This document shows, one piece after another, positions 24,234 to 32,000 of a stretch of DNA of 32,000 nt. Positions within the stretch are counted from its first letter, which is position 1. Each line of letters opens with the position of its first letter. The stretch lies in assembly GCA_025839675.1 (NCBI GenBank), contig CP104013.1:3300001-3332000 (forward strand). The letters run 5' to 3'. This DNA comes from Candidatus Lokiarchaeum ossiferum (GTDB lineage Archaea; Asgardarchaeota; Lokiarchaeia; Sigyniarchaeales; Promethearchaeaceae). The notes below the pieces were generated by a model. It did no database searches. It was not told where the DNA came from and saw only the letters and a list, made by a program, of their open reading frames with translations. The position numbers were made by a program, and so were the translations under genes.

Positions 24234-24357
24234 TAAGGGTATCATCGATTAACATCGATGAGTACGGCTTGTTTCTCGCGTTGCACCGAAATGCAACAAG
24301 TAAAATAAGAATTAATGGAAAAAAGAGTTTATGTTTTGTGATCTTTGCTAAAAAAAA

Positions 24358-24654
24358 TTATACATTTTCATCAATACATTTCAGAAATTTGCGCCCACAT
24401 TCAGTTATTAAATATTCCATTTTAGGTGTTGCTTCGATTAATTTTAAGTTCAAGAGGACTGGCATTCTTCCAGTTATACAAGCGGGTGGAACTCCCGATA
24501 ACATTCTAATAGATTCACAATTCTGTGCTCCTCTCGCGATCGCTACTAACATGGCGATTCCATAGTCCCCAAGCAAAAATTTATAGCTTTTTAGTTCTTC
24601 AATCTCTTGTTTAGTACAATCAAGATTGTCATCGGATAATTGCGCTGGAGCCAT
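24358..24654 (-). CDS. Small winged-helix (ArsR/MarR-like) DNA-binding protein
   Basis: 98 aa. GIAMLVAIARGAQNCESIRMLSGVPPACITGRMPVLLNLKLIEATPKMEYLITECGRKFL fits the pattern helix-turn-helix plus wing plus a y.lT..G..fl tail. T7 follows the stop. Confidence 0.75.
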   Translation of the reverse strand: MAPAQLSDDNLDCTKQEIEELKSYKFLLGDYGIAMLVAIARGAQNCESIRMLSGVPPACITGRMPVLLNLKLIEATPKMEYLITECGRKFLKCIDENV

Positions 24655-24674
24655 ATATTAAAAACTCAAATTTT

Positions 24675-24682
24675 GTTTATAT
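24675..24682 (-). promoter_or_regulatory. TATA-box candidate (TATATAAA on minus strand) for the winged-helix gene
   Basis: Centred about 25 nt upstream of the ATG at 24654, which implies a leaderless mRNA. Confidence 0.4.
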
Positions 24683-24684
24683 AC

Positions 24685-24708
24685 ATTTCATGAAAGCTTC
24701 ATTAATGA
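24685..24708. promoter_or_regulatory. Pair of palindromes sharing TTCAT/ATGAA half-sites (candidate operator)
   Basis: TTTCATGAAA (24685-24694) and TTCATTAATGAA (24697-24708) are both perfect palindromes. They lie immediately upstream of the TATA candidate of the winged-helix gene. Confidence 0.3.
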
Positions 24709-24795
24709 AAAGTTTTGTGATTGAAAAAACTTTTTCGACATTTTTTTTAGTTACTAAGATTTCTTTTATATCAGGGAATAGTTAATATTTTTCAG

Positions 24796-25245
24796 TTATT
24801 CAATAATTTCTATAGAACATTTTTCAACTTCTGCTATTTTATTAATCTCGAGTGATAAATCAATTGCTTGCTCCCAACTATTCTTCCCAGTTATGTAATT
24901 CTCTACTATATACTTTTCATTTTGTGCACTTATACCAGTTGTATGAATAATTTCGTACATTTTTAAAAAAGAAGCAATTCGGGATACTATTTTAGCATTT
25001 GAAGAAGTTAATACAATTTTTAATTTCCAAATCAAGGTCGATTTTATCGGATAACAAGTAATTCGTGATAATTTTGGATAAATTGCATAGATTATTAAAA
25101 ATTTAGTTTTTAGAGAATATAATTGAGGAAGTTTATCTGAAAGCAATAAACTGTCATAAACAGCCTTGCTTCTAATGAAACCTTCAGTTATTGAAGTAAT
25201 GTCAACATCCACAGGATATTTAGTTTTCAAATTATTTATCATCAC
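24796..25245 (-). CDS. Hypothetical protein (149 aa) co-oriented with and overlapping the RNase P Pop5 gene
   Basis: The start overlaps the Pop5 stop by 14 nt. I recognise no motif. Confidence 0.6.
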   Translation of the reverse strand: MMINNLKTKYPVDVDITSITEGFIRSKAVYDSLLLSDKLPQLYSLKTKFLIIYAIYPKLSRITCYPIKSTLIWKLKIVLTSSNAKIVSRIASFLKMYEIIHTTGISAQNEKYIVENYITGKNSWEQAIDLSLEINKIAEVEKCSIEIIE

Positions 25246-25591
25246 GTTTGGGAGGTGCTGTTTTAAAATATTGACGCCATAACTTAAGTGTTTTTTTTAT
25301 AGTTCCACTAGTTTTTCTCGAATGACAGATAACTGGAATGGAGTTAATTTGTTTGATTAAACTCAAGACAGCAATTACTTCTGATTTAGTTATATTATCA
25401 CAGCGTAATATCCCGATTCTATGCTCAGAATCCCATCGAATCATCCATAATCCCACATGATAAGTTGTAAATTCTCCATATAAACGAATTAATTTTTTCC
25501 AAATCTTCCGAATTACGGCATCTTTTCCGATTTCTGTTGGAATTTCTGTCAATATCTCAAAAAGAATGTATCGTTGTCTAATATACTTCAT
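25232..25591 (-). CDS. rnp2: RNase P protein component 2 (Pop5/Rnp2)
   Basis: 119 aa. RQRYILFEI at the N-terminus and the size fit Pop5/Rpp14. There is a 4-nt ATGA overlap with the upstream Rpp30-like gene, and the gene sits in the conserved L15e neighbourhood. Confidence 0.8.
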   Translation of the reverse strand: MKYIRQRYILFEILTEIPTEIGKDAVIRKIWKKLIRLYGEFTTYHVGLWMIRWDSEHRIGILRCDNITKSEVIAVLSLIKQINSIPVICHSRKTSGTIKKTLKLWRQYFKTAPPKRDDK

Positions 25592-26388
25592 TTTTTTTCA
25601 CCTTCTTTAATAATATCAACAATTTCCACCCCTGGTTCAATAAATAGCGATAAATAACGTTTAATGTATCTTAAAAATAATTTTTCTAAATTCTTACTAA
25701 CCATTTCCTTTGCGAAATATTCCGGAATATGCAAAATTGAAGTGAGTATAGCTACGGTCTCTCTTGGACCTCGAATCAACATTGAATTATTTTTAATATT
25801 TTCATGACTCCCCAGAATATAGATATTTGAAATGGGCTTAGCACTTTTAAATAGCCTATATAAAACCCGCAATATTTGGGTCCTTTTAAAATGCTCAACT
25901 TCCAATAAAGGTGTTATACTTAAGTCAAACATAATTTGATTTTGGCGCGCTAAAGATATAATTCCCTTTGTTAACGCTTGTTGAAAACGCATACTTGGTA
26001 TAGATATGATATCAACTCGTCCATCTCTGGCTGCGACTTCTAATGTTTCTTTATGAATCGATTCTACAGCAATTAAAATACGTTTTGAAACCCAAAATGA
26101 TAGTTTCTGTTTCAGATCATTTGGATTTTTAATAGTTAAAGTAATTCTTGGGATTAGTGCTATAGGTTGATTTAAAGGTTTAATTTGGGGAATTTTTGAA
26201 ACTGTTATTGGAAAATCTAATTTTAAATTTTCGGAATGATAAAATGAGGATTTTTTATACTCATTATACTCCTTTTCACTCCGTAAATCAATAATTCCTG
26301 CTTGATACCCTAATCTAAATGATAAATTTACAACTTTCTGAAGTTCTGTCTGATCTTTCATCCATGGAATACAACTATTAATATACAT
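25588..26388 (-). CDS. rnp3: RNase P protein component 3 (Rpp30/Rnp3)
   Basis: 266 aa. VDIISIP ... MFDLSITPLL ... R ... ILGSHENIKNNSMLIRGPRE ... fits the Rpp30 TIM-barrel family pattern. It shows synteny with Pop5 and L15e, as in the archaeal exosome/proteasome superoperon. Confidence 0.72.
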   Translation of the reverse strand: MYINSCIPWMKDQTELQKVVNLSFRLGYQAGIIDLRSEKEYNEYKKSSFYHSENLKLDFPITVSKIPQIKPLNQPIALIPRITLTIKNPNDLKQKLSFWVSKRILIAVESIHKETLEVAARDGRVDIISIPSMRFQQALTKGIISLARQNQIMFDLSITPLLEVEHFKRTQILRVLYRLFKSAKPISNIYILGSHENIKNNSMLIRGPRETVAILTSILHIPEYFAKEMVSKNLEKLFLRYIKRYLSLFIEPGVEIVDIIKEGEKK

Positions 26389-26405
26389 GCTTTCTTTTTG
26401 CCCCT

Positions 26406-26894
26406 TTATTCTATAAGATGCAATTGTTTGTAATAATCCCTTGCAGCTTCAACTGAAATTGGAATATTAGGTGTTTTATTCTGGATCATTATAATTACTT
26501 GAATCGTTTCCGATTTGTTTCCTAGACAAATATGACCCATGGCCGAATTTTGCTTATCTAAACGGAAATAAAATTTGAATTTTTCATCTAACCTTGAATG
26601 AAATTCCGAAGCAAGCTTTTCTTTTTCAATTATTGATAAATGATGAGCAAGGTCTTCAAGAGCTTGTTTTATTAATTTCTGAATTTTCAATCGGACTAAT
26701 AAGGAAGAGATTCGTTGACCATATTGACCGGAACAATGCTCAATAATGAATTCGTTTTCGGTTAAATCAAATGAAAAGAGATTTTGAACTAATTTTTTCA
26801 CTTTATCAATAGATTCAGTAGCATGAGCATGAGTTCGAATATCTATTTGTCGAATTTTAAATTTTGGAATTCCAGATTGCTCATTTGCTGGCAT
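26406..26894 (-). CDS. DUF54/COG1325-type putative RNA-binding protein (predicted exosome-associated subunit)
   Basis: 162 aa. The N-terminus (IRTHAHATESIDKVKKLV) resembles the v.a.vhpTEd.eKV start of this family. It occupies the canonical position between L15e and Rpp30. Confidence 0.6.
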   Translation of the reverse strand: MPANEQSGIPKFKIRQIDIRTHAHATESIDKVKKLVQNLFSFDLTENEFIIEHCSGQYGQRISSLLVRLKIQKLIKQALEDLAHHLSIIEKEKLASEFHSRLDEKFKFYFRLDKQNSAMGHICLGNKSETIQVIIMIQNKTPNIPISVEAARDYYKQLHLIE

Positions 26895-26948
26895 TAAAAA
26901 AGTCCCCTTTCATTGTAGAAATCGAAAAAAAGCGTAAAAGAAAAAAAA

Positions 26949-27545
26949 TTATCGTAAATTGCGATTGGCGCGTAATGATGGTCGAATCTTTTCTGCACCA
27001 TGGCCTTTATTGCGTAAACCACGAGTTTTTTTACCTGCAGATGTCAATCCGCGATATACACGTCGAGTATTATTTGGTTTACAAATCCAATTAATTTTTG
27101 AATCAGAAGCAATAACAGGATGGGAAGGATCTACCATTATCACCTCAATAAAGTGACTTTGTCCATCAGAACCAATTTTATAGGAATTTAAAACTTCTAA
27201 GTTTGGGTATTTTTTGGCAGTTCGTTCCTCAGCAATCCATCGAAGACTCTTCTTTGGAGTGATTTTTGAAACGGCTAAATTACCCGCTTTACGACCCATT
27301 TTTGGTCGAATTTTGTGCATAGTTCCACGTCTAACTTTTGTAACTGCAACAACATACCCTTGTTTAGCTTTATAACCCACTTCTCTAGCTCGAGGTAAGT
27401 TTGTGGGTTTTTCCACCCGAACAGTAGTTGGACCATGTCGAAATTTGATCAACCGTTTCCAAGATTCAGAATTGTGGGAGGTATCATGTTGTTGAAATGT
27501 TTCTTTAATATAAGCGTATCCAGATTTAACCATAGTAATAATCAT
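26949..27545 (-). CDS. rpl15e: 50S ribosomal protein L15e
   Basis: GYAYIKETF ... WKRLIKFRHGPTTVRVEKPTNLPRAREVGYKAKQGYVVAVTKVRRG ... KGHGAEKIRPS is unmistakably L15e. The true start is probably the M of MVKSGYAY at 27533. Confidence 0.95.
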   Translation of the reverse strand: MIITMVKSGYAYIKETFQQHDTSHNSESWKRLIKFRHGPTTVRVEKPTNLPRAREVGYKAKQGYVVAVTKVRRGTMHKIRPKMGRKAGNLAVSKITPKKSLRWIAEERTAKKYPNLEVLNSYKIGSDGQSHFIEVIMVDPSHPVIASDSKINWICKPNNTRRVYRGLTSAGKKTRGLRNKGHGAEKIRPSLRANRNLR

Positions 27546-27701
27546 CTATCACTTGCTAATGATAAAATTGAAGTCGACATAATTAAATAAATTTTCGAAT
27601 TTCCCATCCTCCGATTTAAACTTTGCTTTCAGAAAGAAGAACCAGTATTTTTGATAAAGCGAAAAAAATTTAGAAACCCAAAAATGGAAACACAACGTTT
27701 A

Positions 27702-28394
27702 TTATAAATCTGGAACATGAGATGGTAGATTTGGTTTTTTAGTCATATCAGGTGCTTTTCCATTCCCTAAAGCCTGATAAAGTGCTGTTCTTCTTGCTAA
27801 TTCAGCAAAAATTTGATAAACATTTTGCGCATTTGAATATAGAGCAATCGTTTCATAAACAATTGGATTCCAAGCATGTAATTTTTCCCTAGGAGCAAAG
27901 AAGAGATTCTCTTGTGCTAAAATTTGTTCAACTTCTGCTTTTTTCATCGTATTTGGGAGATCTTGTTTGTTGACCATAATTAAAAGTGGTAATTCAGAGA
28001 TCAGCCGTTGGTTTGAAACATTTTTCAACTCTTTCAAAGATTGAATATTGTCTGCCAATCGAGAACGTTGTGCATCAAAAACAAATATAATTCCATCAGT
28101 TCCTGTAAAAATTTTCTTTCTTAAGGGTGAAAAACGTGCCTGGCCAGCCACTGTATAAATATGATAAAATATTTTGGACTGTTTTTTTGATTGAAAAATG
28201 CCTCTATCGAAATACAAAGTAGAACCACTTGCCATTGCTATTTTTGTAAGATTTCCAGTTGGTTCAACGGTATCGCTATATTGTTCTTTGGTTAAACGGT
28301 ATAAAGTATCAATAGCTGTAGTTTTACCGCCACCAGCTGGACCCCAGTAAAGAAGTTTTACAAATACTTCCCCATTTTTATTGATTCTTACCAT
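27702..28394 (-). CDS. MglA-like small GTPase
   Basis: G1 is YWGPAGGGKTT. TLYFDRG ... FYHIYTVAGQARF ... TDGIIFVFDAQRSRLADNIQSLKEL ... NKQDLP parallels Myxococcus MglA (TLFFDF ... FHLYTVPGQVFY ... VDGVVFVADSQ ... NKRDLP) as I remember it. Confidence 0.8.
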   Translation of the reverse strand: MVRINKNGEVFVKLLYWGPAGGGKTTAIDTLYRLTKEQYSDTVEPTGNLTKIAMASGSTLYFDRGIFQSKKQSKIFYHIYTVAGQARFSPLRKKIFTGTDGIIFVFDAQRSRLADNIQSLKELKNVSNQRLISELPLLIMVNKQDLPNTMKKAEVEQILAQENLFFAPREKLHAWNPIVYETIALYSNAQNVYQIFAELARRTALYQALGNGKAPDMTKKPNLPSHVPDL

Positions 28395-28578
28395 TTGATG
28401 ATTTCCTCAGAGAGATTCATTTCCCAAAATTGGCTTTCATATACAAAAACTTAAGTTTGTTAAACAATCTTATTTTGTAAAGATGATCCTATTAAGTTTT
28501 TTTGTAATTTGTAGCCTTTAAATTTACTTACTTACAATTTAAATATAAAAAAATTACACTTTTATTGGAGACTTTAAT

Positions 28579-28800
28579 TTGATTAAAAAATATGGGTTTT
28601 GTATTCGTTGTAGAGAAAAAATACCATTTAATATTGAAAATCCTTTGTGTGCAGTTTGTGGAGGATCATGTAGCGCTCTAAACCGATTTTCTTCAACAGA
28701 AATGAACGATATATTTTGCCATATTTGTGGTGAAAACGATTATGTGTCTTTCAAAAATCCTTTATGTTTTGATTGCAAAAAAAAAAGGAAAGTAAGCTGA
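28579..28800 (+). CDS. Small tandem double Zn-ribbon protein with basic tail; 3' end rewritten by IS insertion
   Basis: TTG start with GGAG upstream. It has two copies of an FC..C-x12-NPLC..C module (FCIRC...NPLCAVC and FCHIC...NPLCFDC) and a tail KKKRKVS. The last codon and the stop lie in the IS inverted repeat. Confidence 0.65.
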   Translation: MIKKYGFCIRCREKIPFNIENPLCAVCGGSCSALNRFSSTEMNDIFCHICGENDYVSFKNPLCFDCKKKRKVS

Positions 28801-28806
28801 GTGAAT
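28796..28806. repeat. Left terminal inverted repeat of the IS (GCTGAGTGAAT)
   Basis: Exact reverse complement of 30628-30638. The match extends to 12 bp if the adjacent A/T is included. Confidence 0.7.
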
Positions 28807-29127
28807 CGTACTTTTTGTAATTTTCACTTTTTTTAGTAATTTATCACCCATTGGCTTTGAATCCCCCATTTTATACCACATTTAATTTTGTCGAGCAAAA
28901 GTGGACACGTTTTTTAGCATTCACAAAATTTCCCGTTTGCTAGGCCAAATTAGTGGATCTTAAATGATCTGATGATGAGCATAAAATCATGCCCAATTTC
29001 AAGATTTTAGATAATATAAAAACCAAAACAATTTTATTCTTGTTTTCCTTACACTAATATATTCAATATCTGGGGTGCATCAGCTATTCTAATATTCAAA
29101 TATCGACGACGGCCTTCAATATATCAA

Positions 29128-30618
29128 ATGCAGTTACATGATTATATCGGTCTGAAATCAACTCAAATACTTGAAATGTGGATTCCAAAGACATATCGCT
29201 ATGTATATAAAAAATTTAAATGGTTTCCATTCAAGCGTCACGCCCGGAAAGCCCCTTCATTGATAGTTTCTAAATCCCAAACACGATTAGAGCATTATAT
29301 ATACGGAAATATTGCACATATTCTTCCCAAACGGAAGTACTTCATGCGATTTCGCAATCTTGGGCAAACAACTTATGATGATTATGCAAAAGGCATACTT
29401 CCGCAGTCAGAGTGGGATATGCTCCACACGCTACCAAAATTTTCAGGATATTTCAATCATATCTTTGAAATGAATGATCTTAGTTACTTTGATAAAATTC
29501 AAGATGAATTGGAGATACAGGGAGTTCATTTCAAAGGAATGTTCCTTCATGATATTATCGCATTTGAACTACTTCGTCGCCAGCTTGGATTCAAAGATTA
29601 TTCAGGTTTAGAAAAAATGTCATATTTTATTGGTGATAATCCTTTGAAGGGGATTTTACATGATTCTTACTACTTTCCCTCCGCGGATGATATCAGTTAT
29701 ATTATGAATCGTATCCCTCTTTCCCGAGTCATGGATTATTTTCATAACTTAGTTCGTGAAGCTATTGATCTTAGGATAATCATTCCTAGAATCATGATTT
29801 TTGATGGTCAATTTGTCAGAACGAACTGTAACAACAATAAAAATTCAAAAACAACAAAGTATAATGATAGTGATGCTGGATATTATCGTCATTCAGGGAA
29901 GAAGCTTGGTGTTGGATTTGTTCATTGGACACTTTATGCGTATTGTGGGAGCTGGAAACGGGCACTTCCAATACATTTTGAGACTTTTCCAGGCAATATG
30001 AACGATAAACCAGCATCCCGCAAAACCTTTACCGCTTTTAATAATCTTAAAATTGGAGAGTGGAAGATGGTGATGGGTGATACAGGTACGTATTGTAAGA
30101 AAAGTCTGGAATTTTATCAAGATCGGGGCATTTTTCCTTTGCTTCGTGCACCAAAACACCTTAAAACTCATCCAACTCGGGAATTAAAAAAAGGATTTTG
30201 GTTTAATTCCGATTATTTTCCACCTGGATGGACAGAGCAAGACATATTATTAATGTATGCTCAACGACCTTTAGTTGAAGCAGGTCAATCTGCAAACCCT
30301 ACATTTTATAATCAAAAACGATTAAATACTCGTGGATTGAATATGGCCCACCTTCATCGTACCTTAACATATATACTGGATTTAATGCGAGCAATTACAG
30401 CATATAAATTAGGTAGAACTGACTTATTGACGAAATTAAGTGCATTTTCAACTGGAAGGGAGTTTAAAACAAACTCTATGTGGATTAAACTAGCACGAGA
30501 TTCAGGTTTTTGTCAACTTCAAGAGATTGCTTTAAATCCACGACAAAAAGCATTTTGGGATAAACGTCGGAAGTGGGAAGCAGAATTAAGAAAAAAACGA
30601 AAAAACGGTAAATTTTAA
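29128..30618 (+). CDS. DDE transposase (IS4/IS5 superfamily, DDE_Tnp_1-like)
   Basis: Candidate catalytic residues are IMIFDGQFV (D), VMGDTGTY (D) and YAQRPLVEAG (a Y-2-R-3-E motif, as in the IS4/IS5 YREK signature). The ORF is flanked by inverted repeats. Confidence 0.85.
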   Translation: MQLHDYIGLKSTQILEMWIPKTYRYVYKKFKWFPFKRHARKAPSLIVSKSQTRLEHYIYGNIAHILPKRKYFMRFRNLGQTTYDDYAKGILPQSEWDMLHTLPKFSGYFNHIFEMNDLSYFDKIQDELEIQGVHFKGMFLHDIIAFELLRRQLGFKDYSGLEKMSYFIGDNPLKGILHDSYYFPSADDISYIMNRIPLSRVMDYFHNLVREAIDLRIIIPRIMIFDGQFVRTNCNNNKNSKTTKYNDSDAGYYRHSGKKLGVGFVHWTLYAYCGSWKRALPIHFETFPGNMNDKPASRKTFTAFNNLKIGEWKMVMGDTGTYCKKSLEFYQDRGIFPLLRAPKHLKTHPTRELKKGFWFNSDYFPPGWTEQDILLMYAQRPLVEAGQSANPTFYNQKRLNTRGLNMAHLHRTLTYILDLMRAITAYKLGRTDLLTKLSAFSTGREFKTNSMWIKLARDSGFCQLQEIALNPRQKAFWDKRRKWEAELRKKRKNGKF

Positions 30619-30627
30619 GTTTTTAAA

Positions 30628-30638
30628 ATTCACTCAGC
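30628..30638. repeat. Right terminal inverted repeat of the IS (ATTCACTCAGC)
   Basis: Exact reverse complement of 28796-28806. Confidence 0.7.
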
Positions 30639-30653
30639 TAATTTATTAAAATT

Positions 30654-31979
30654 TTATTCTTCTCTTATTTTTCCCAAATATGTTTTGCCATTCATATATG
30701 GAACCAAAACATCTGGAATTTTAACTGTTCCATCTGCTTGCTGGAAATTTTCCAAAATACAACAAATAGTTCTTTCAGTTGCAATGGCAGTACTATTTAG
30801 AGTGTTGGCTGTTCTGTAACTCGTTTTATCTCCTAAAGTACCACAACGGACGTCCAATTTTCTAGCTTGGAAGTCAGTACAATTACTACAAGATACTAAT
30901 TCGCGATACACACCGCTGGCTGGAAAATATCCTTCTAAATCATATTTTTTAGCTGCATTATCATTTAGTTCTCCACTTGCTATTGAAACTACTCTGTAGG
31001 GAATTCCAAAAGATTTGAAAATCATTTCTGCATTTTCCAATAAGATTTCATGTATTTCCTCAGCTTGTTCAGGGGTGCAAAAGACAAATTGCTCAATTTT
31101 TTCAAATTGATGTACTCGAAATATACCCAAAGTATCTTTACCATGAGAACCCGCTTCTTTCCGAAAACATGTGGAAATACCACAATACTTACGGGGAAGG
31201 GTTTTTTCATCCAATACTTCTTTTCGATGTAAAGCAGCTAATGTTTGTTCACTAGTTGCAATTAAATAAAGATCTTCACCCTCAATCTTGTATAACTGTT
31301 CAGTAAAATCATTCAATTCCGCTGCTTCAGCCATAACCTCATGTTTTGCAAAGAAAGGTGTCCAAAATGGGGTAAAATCCCTCGAAACCAATAAATCAGT
31401 TGCATATCGCAATAAAGCAAGATTTAATAAAACCAAATCACCTTTCAAGTAATAGAACCTTGATCCAGCAATTGCAGAAGCCTTCTTGATCTCAGCTCCA
31501 TCAATTTGCTCAACTAAGTCCACATGGTTTTTGATTTCGAAATCGAAATTGGGAATATTTCCACTCTTTCTTACAACTTCATCTCCTTCTTCATCTTTCG
31601 CAATTGGGACACCATCTATTAATATATTCCCGACTTTATATCGATAAGCTTCACGTTTTTTTAAGTATTCTTCTTGAGCTGGTTCTAATTCAAGGATTTG
31701 GTTTTTAATTTGAGTGGATTTCTCCTTAAGCTCTTTAATTTTCTCTTTTCCATCCTTTGCGGCAGATTTAAAGGATTTAGATATTGAATTTCGTTCAGCG
31801 CGTAATTCTTGGAGTTTTTGAATAGTTTCTCTCCATTTTGTATCGTATTCTATTACTTTATCTACATTCTCGGTCTCTCGGAATCTTTTTTTTTCAGATT
31901 CACGAATTATTTCCGGATTCTCACGAAACAATTTAATATCTAACATATCGGTTTCTCTCCAAAAAATAAAAACCGACAT
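30654..31979 (-). CDS. serS: Seryl-tRNA synthetase (type 1)
   Basis: MLDIKLFRENPE ... is followed by an N-terminal coiled-coil arm and class II motifs (FRKEAGSHGKDTLGIFRVHQFEKIEQF, GSRFYYLKG, NSTAIATERTICCILEN). The likely true start is M at 31946; the track ORF adds 11 residues. Confidence 0.95.
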   Translation of the reverse strand: MSVFIFWRETDMLDIKLFRENPEIIRESEKKRFRETENVDKVIEYDTKWRETIQKLQELRAERNSISKSFKSAAKDGKEKIKELKEKSTQIKNQILELEPAQEEYLKKREAYRYKVGNILIDGVPIAKDEEGDEVVRKSGNIPNFDFEIKNHVDLVEQIDGAEIKKASAIAGSRFYYLKGDLVLLNLALLRYATDLLVSRDFTPFWTPFFAKHEVMAEAAELNDFTEQLYKIEGEDLYLIATSEQTLAALHRKEVLDEKTLPRKYCGISTCFRKEAGSHGKDTLGIFRVHQFEKIEQFVFCTPEQAEEIHEILLENAEMIFKSFGIPYRVVSIASGELNDNAAKKYDLEGYFPASGVYRELVSCSNCTDFQARKLDVRCGTLGDKTSYRTANTLNSTAIATERTICCILENFQQADGTVKIPDVLVPYMNGKTYLGKIREE

Positions 31980-32000
31980 TTCTTTTCAAATTTCCTTGAT

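Larger units (their letters stand above)
28796..30638 (+). mobile_element. Insertion sequence (1843 bp) of the IS4/IS5 DDE superfamily, with TAA target-site duplication
   Basis: 11-bp perfect terminal inverted repeats GCTGAGTGAAT / ATTCACTCAGC are flanked by direct TAA (28793-28795 and 30639-30641). The element encloses a single 496-aa DDE transposase ORF. Confidence 0.75.

Noticed and set aside
24269-24565. 98-aa plus-strand ORF
   Set aside because: It is the antisense mirror of the winged-helix gene (24358..24654) and starts inside the GC-rich RNA island. The minus-strand protein has a recognisable wHTH pattern, and this one does not.
26864-27156. Plus-strand ORFs 26864..27094 and 26959..27156
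   Set aside because: They lie antisense to the unmistakable L15e gene and its upstream region.
28961-28990. C-box-like sequence CTGATGATGA in the IS leader as a second C/D sRNA
   Set aside because: No CTGA D box lies within about 80 nt downstream on that strand, and there is no terminal stem. It is probably a chance match.
29801-30171. Short ORFs 29801..30001 (+), 29816..30016 (-) and 29893..30171 (-)
   Set aside because: They are nested within the transposase ORF, which has DDE-type motifs.
31022-31232. Short ORFs 31022..31210 (-) and 31050..31232 (+)
   Set aside because: They are alternative frames or strands inside serS.
31947-31979. N-terminal 11 residues (MSVFIFWRETD) of the serS track ORF
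   Set aside because: SerRS proteins begin MLD[IL]K..R. The upstream extension is probably not translated, so the likely start is 31946.
1-32000. Search for CRISPR arrays, rRNA genes, prophage or defence-island signatures
   Set aside because: I saw no regularly spaced direct repeats, no rRNA-like GC-rich blocks longer than ~140 nt, and no recognisable restriction, toxin or phage structural genes. The only mobile DNA is the single IS.

Overview
AT-rich archaeal chromosomal window (roughly 30% G+C by eye), almost fully coding. I count about 37 protein genes, one intron-containing tRNA, one C/D-box sRNA and one IS element. Archaeal identity rests on TFB, ribosomal protein L15e, RNase P proteins Pop5 and Rpp30, archaeosine tRNA-guanine transglycosylase, Trm5, a C/D-box sRNA and a spliced tRNA. 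Eukaryote-like signalling parts sit alongside these: a Rag/Gtr-like GTPase with a roadblock-type C-terminus, an MglA-like GTPase, a Roadblock/LC7 protein, a Par14-like parvulin and PPP-family phosphatases. That combination suggests an Asgard (Loki-type) archaeon; this is inference, not proven. The main candidate system is a tightly packed nine-gene, same-strand operon (144..9360). It encodes a Zn-ribbon/[ST]PFP-repeat/FHA protein, three multi-Zn-ribbon proteins with divergent FHA-like C-termini, a Ser/Thr kinase fused to FHA, a PP2C phosphatase and two PPP phosphatases, making a dense phospho-threonine reader/writer/eraser module. Other points worth checking: the PP2C gene has conserved N-terminal motifs upstream of any canonical start codon (ATT start or A6 homopolymer frameshift). 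An arcTGT-DUF371-Trm5 operon has overlapping genes. A pair of coiled-coil paralogues shares a C-terminal domain and lies divergent to the Roadblock gene. tRNA-Arg(UCU) is interrupted in the D-loop. A C/D-box sRNA sits in a GC-rich structured island. An IS4/IS5-superfamily element has 11-bp inverted repeats and a TAA target duplication that rewrites the last codons of a small double Zn-ribbon gene. All functional calls come from motif recognition by eye; no database search was run.
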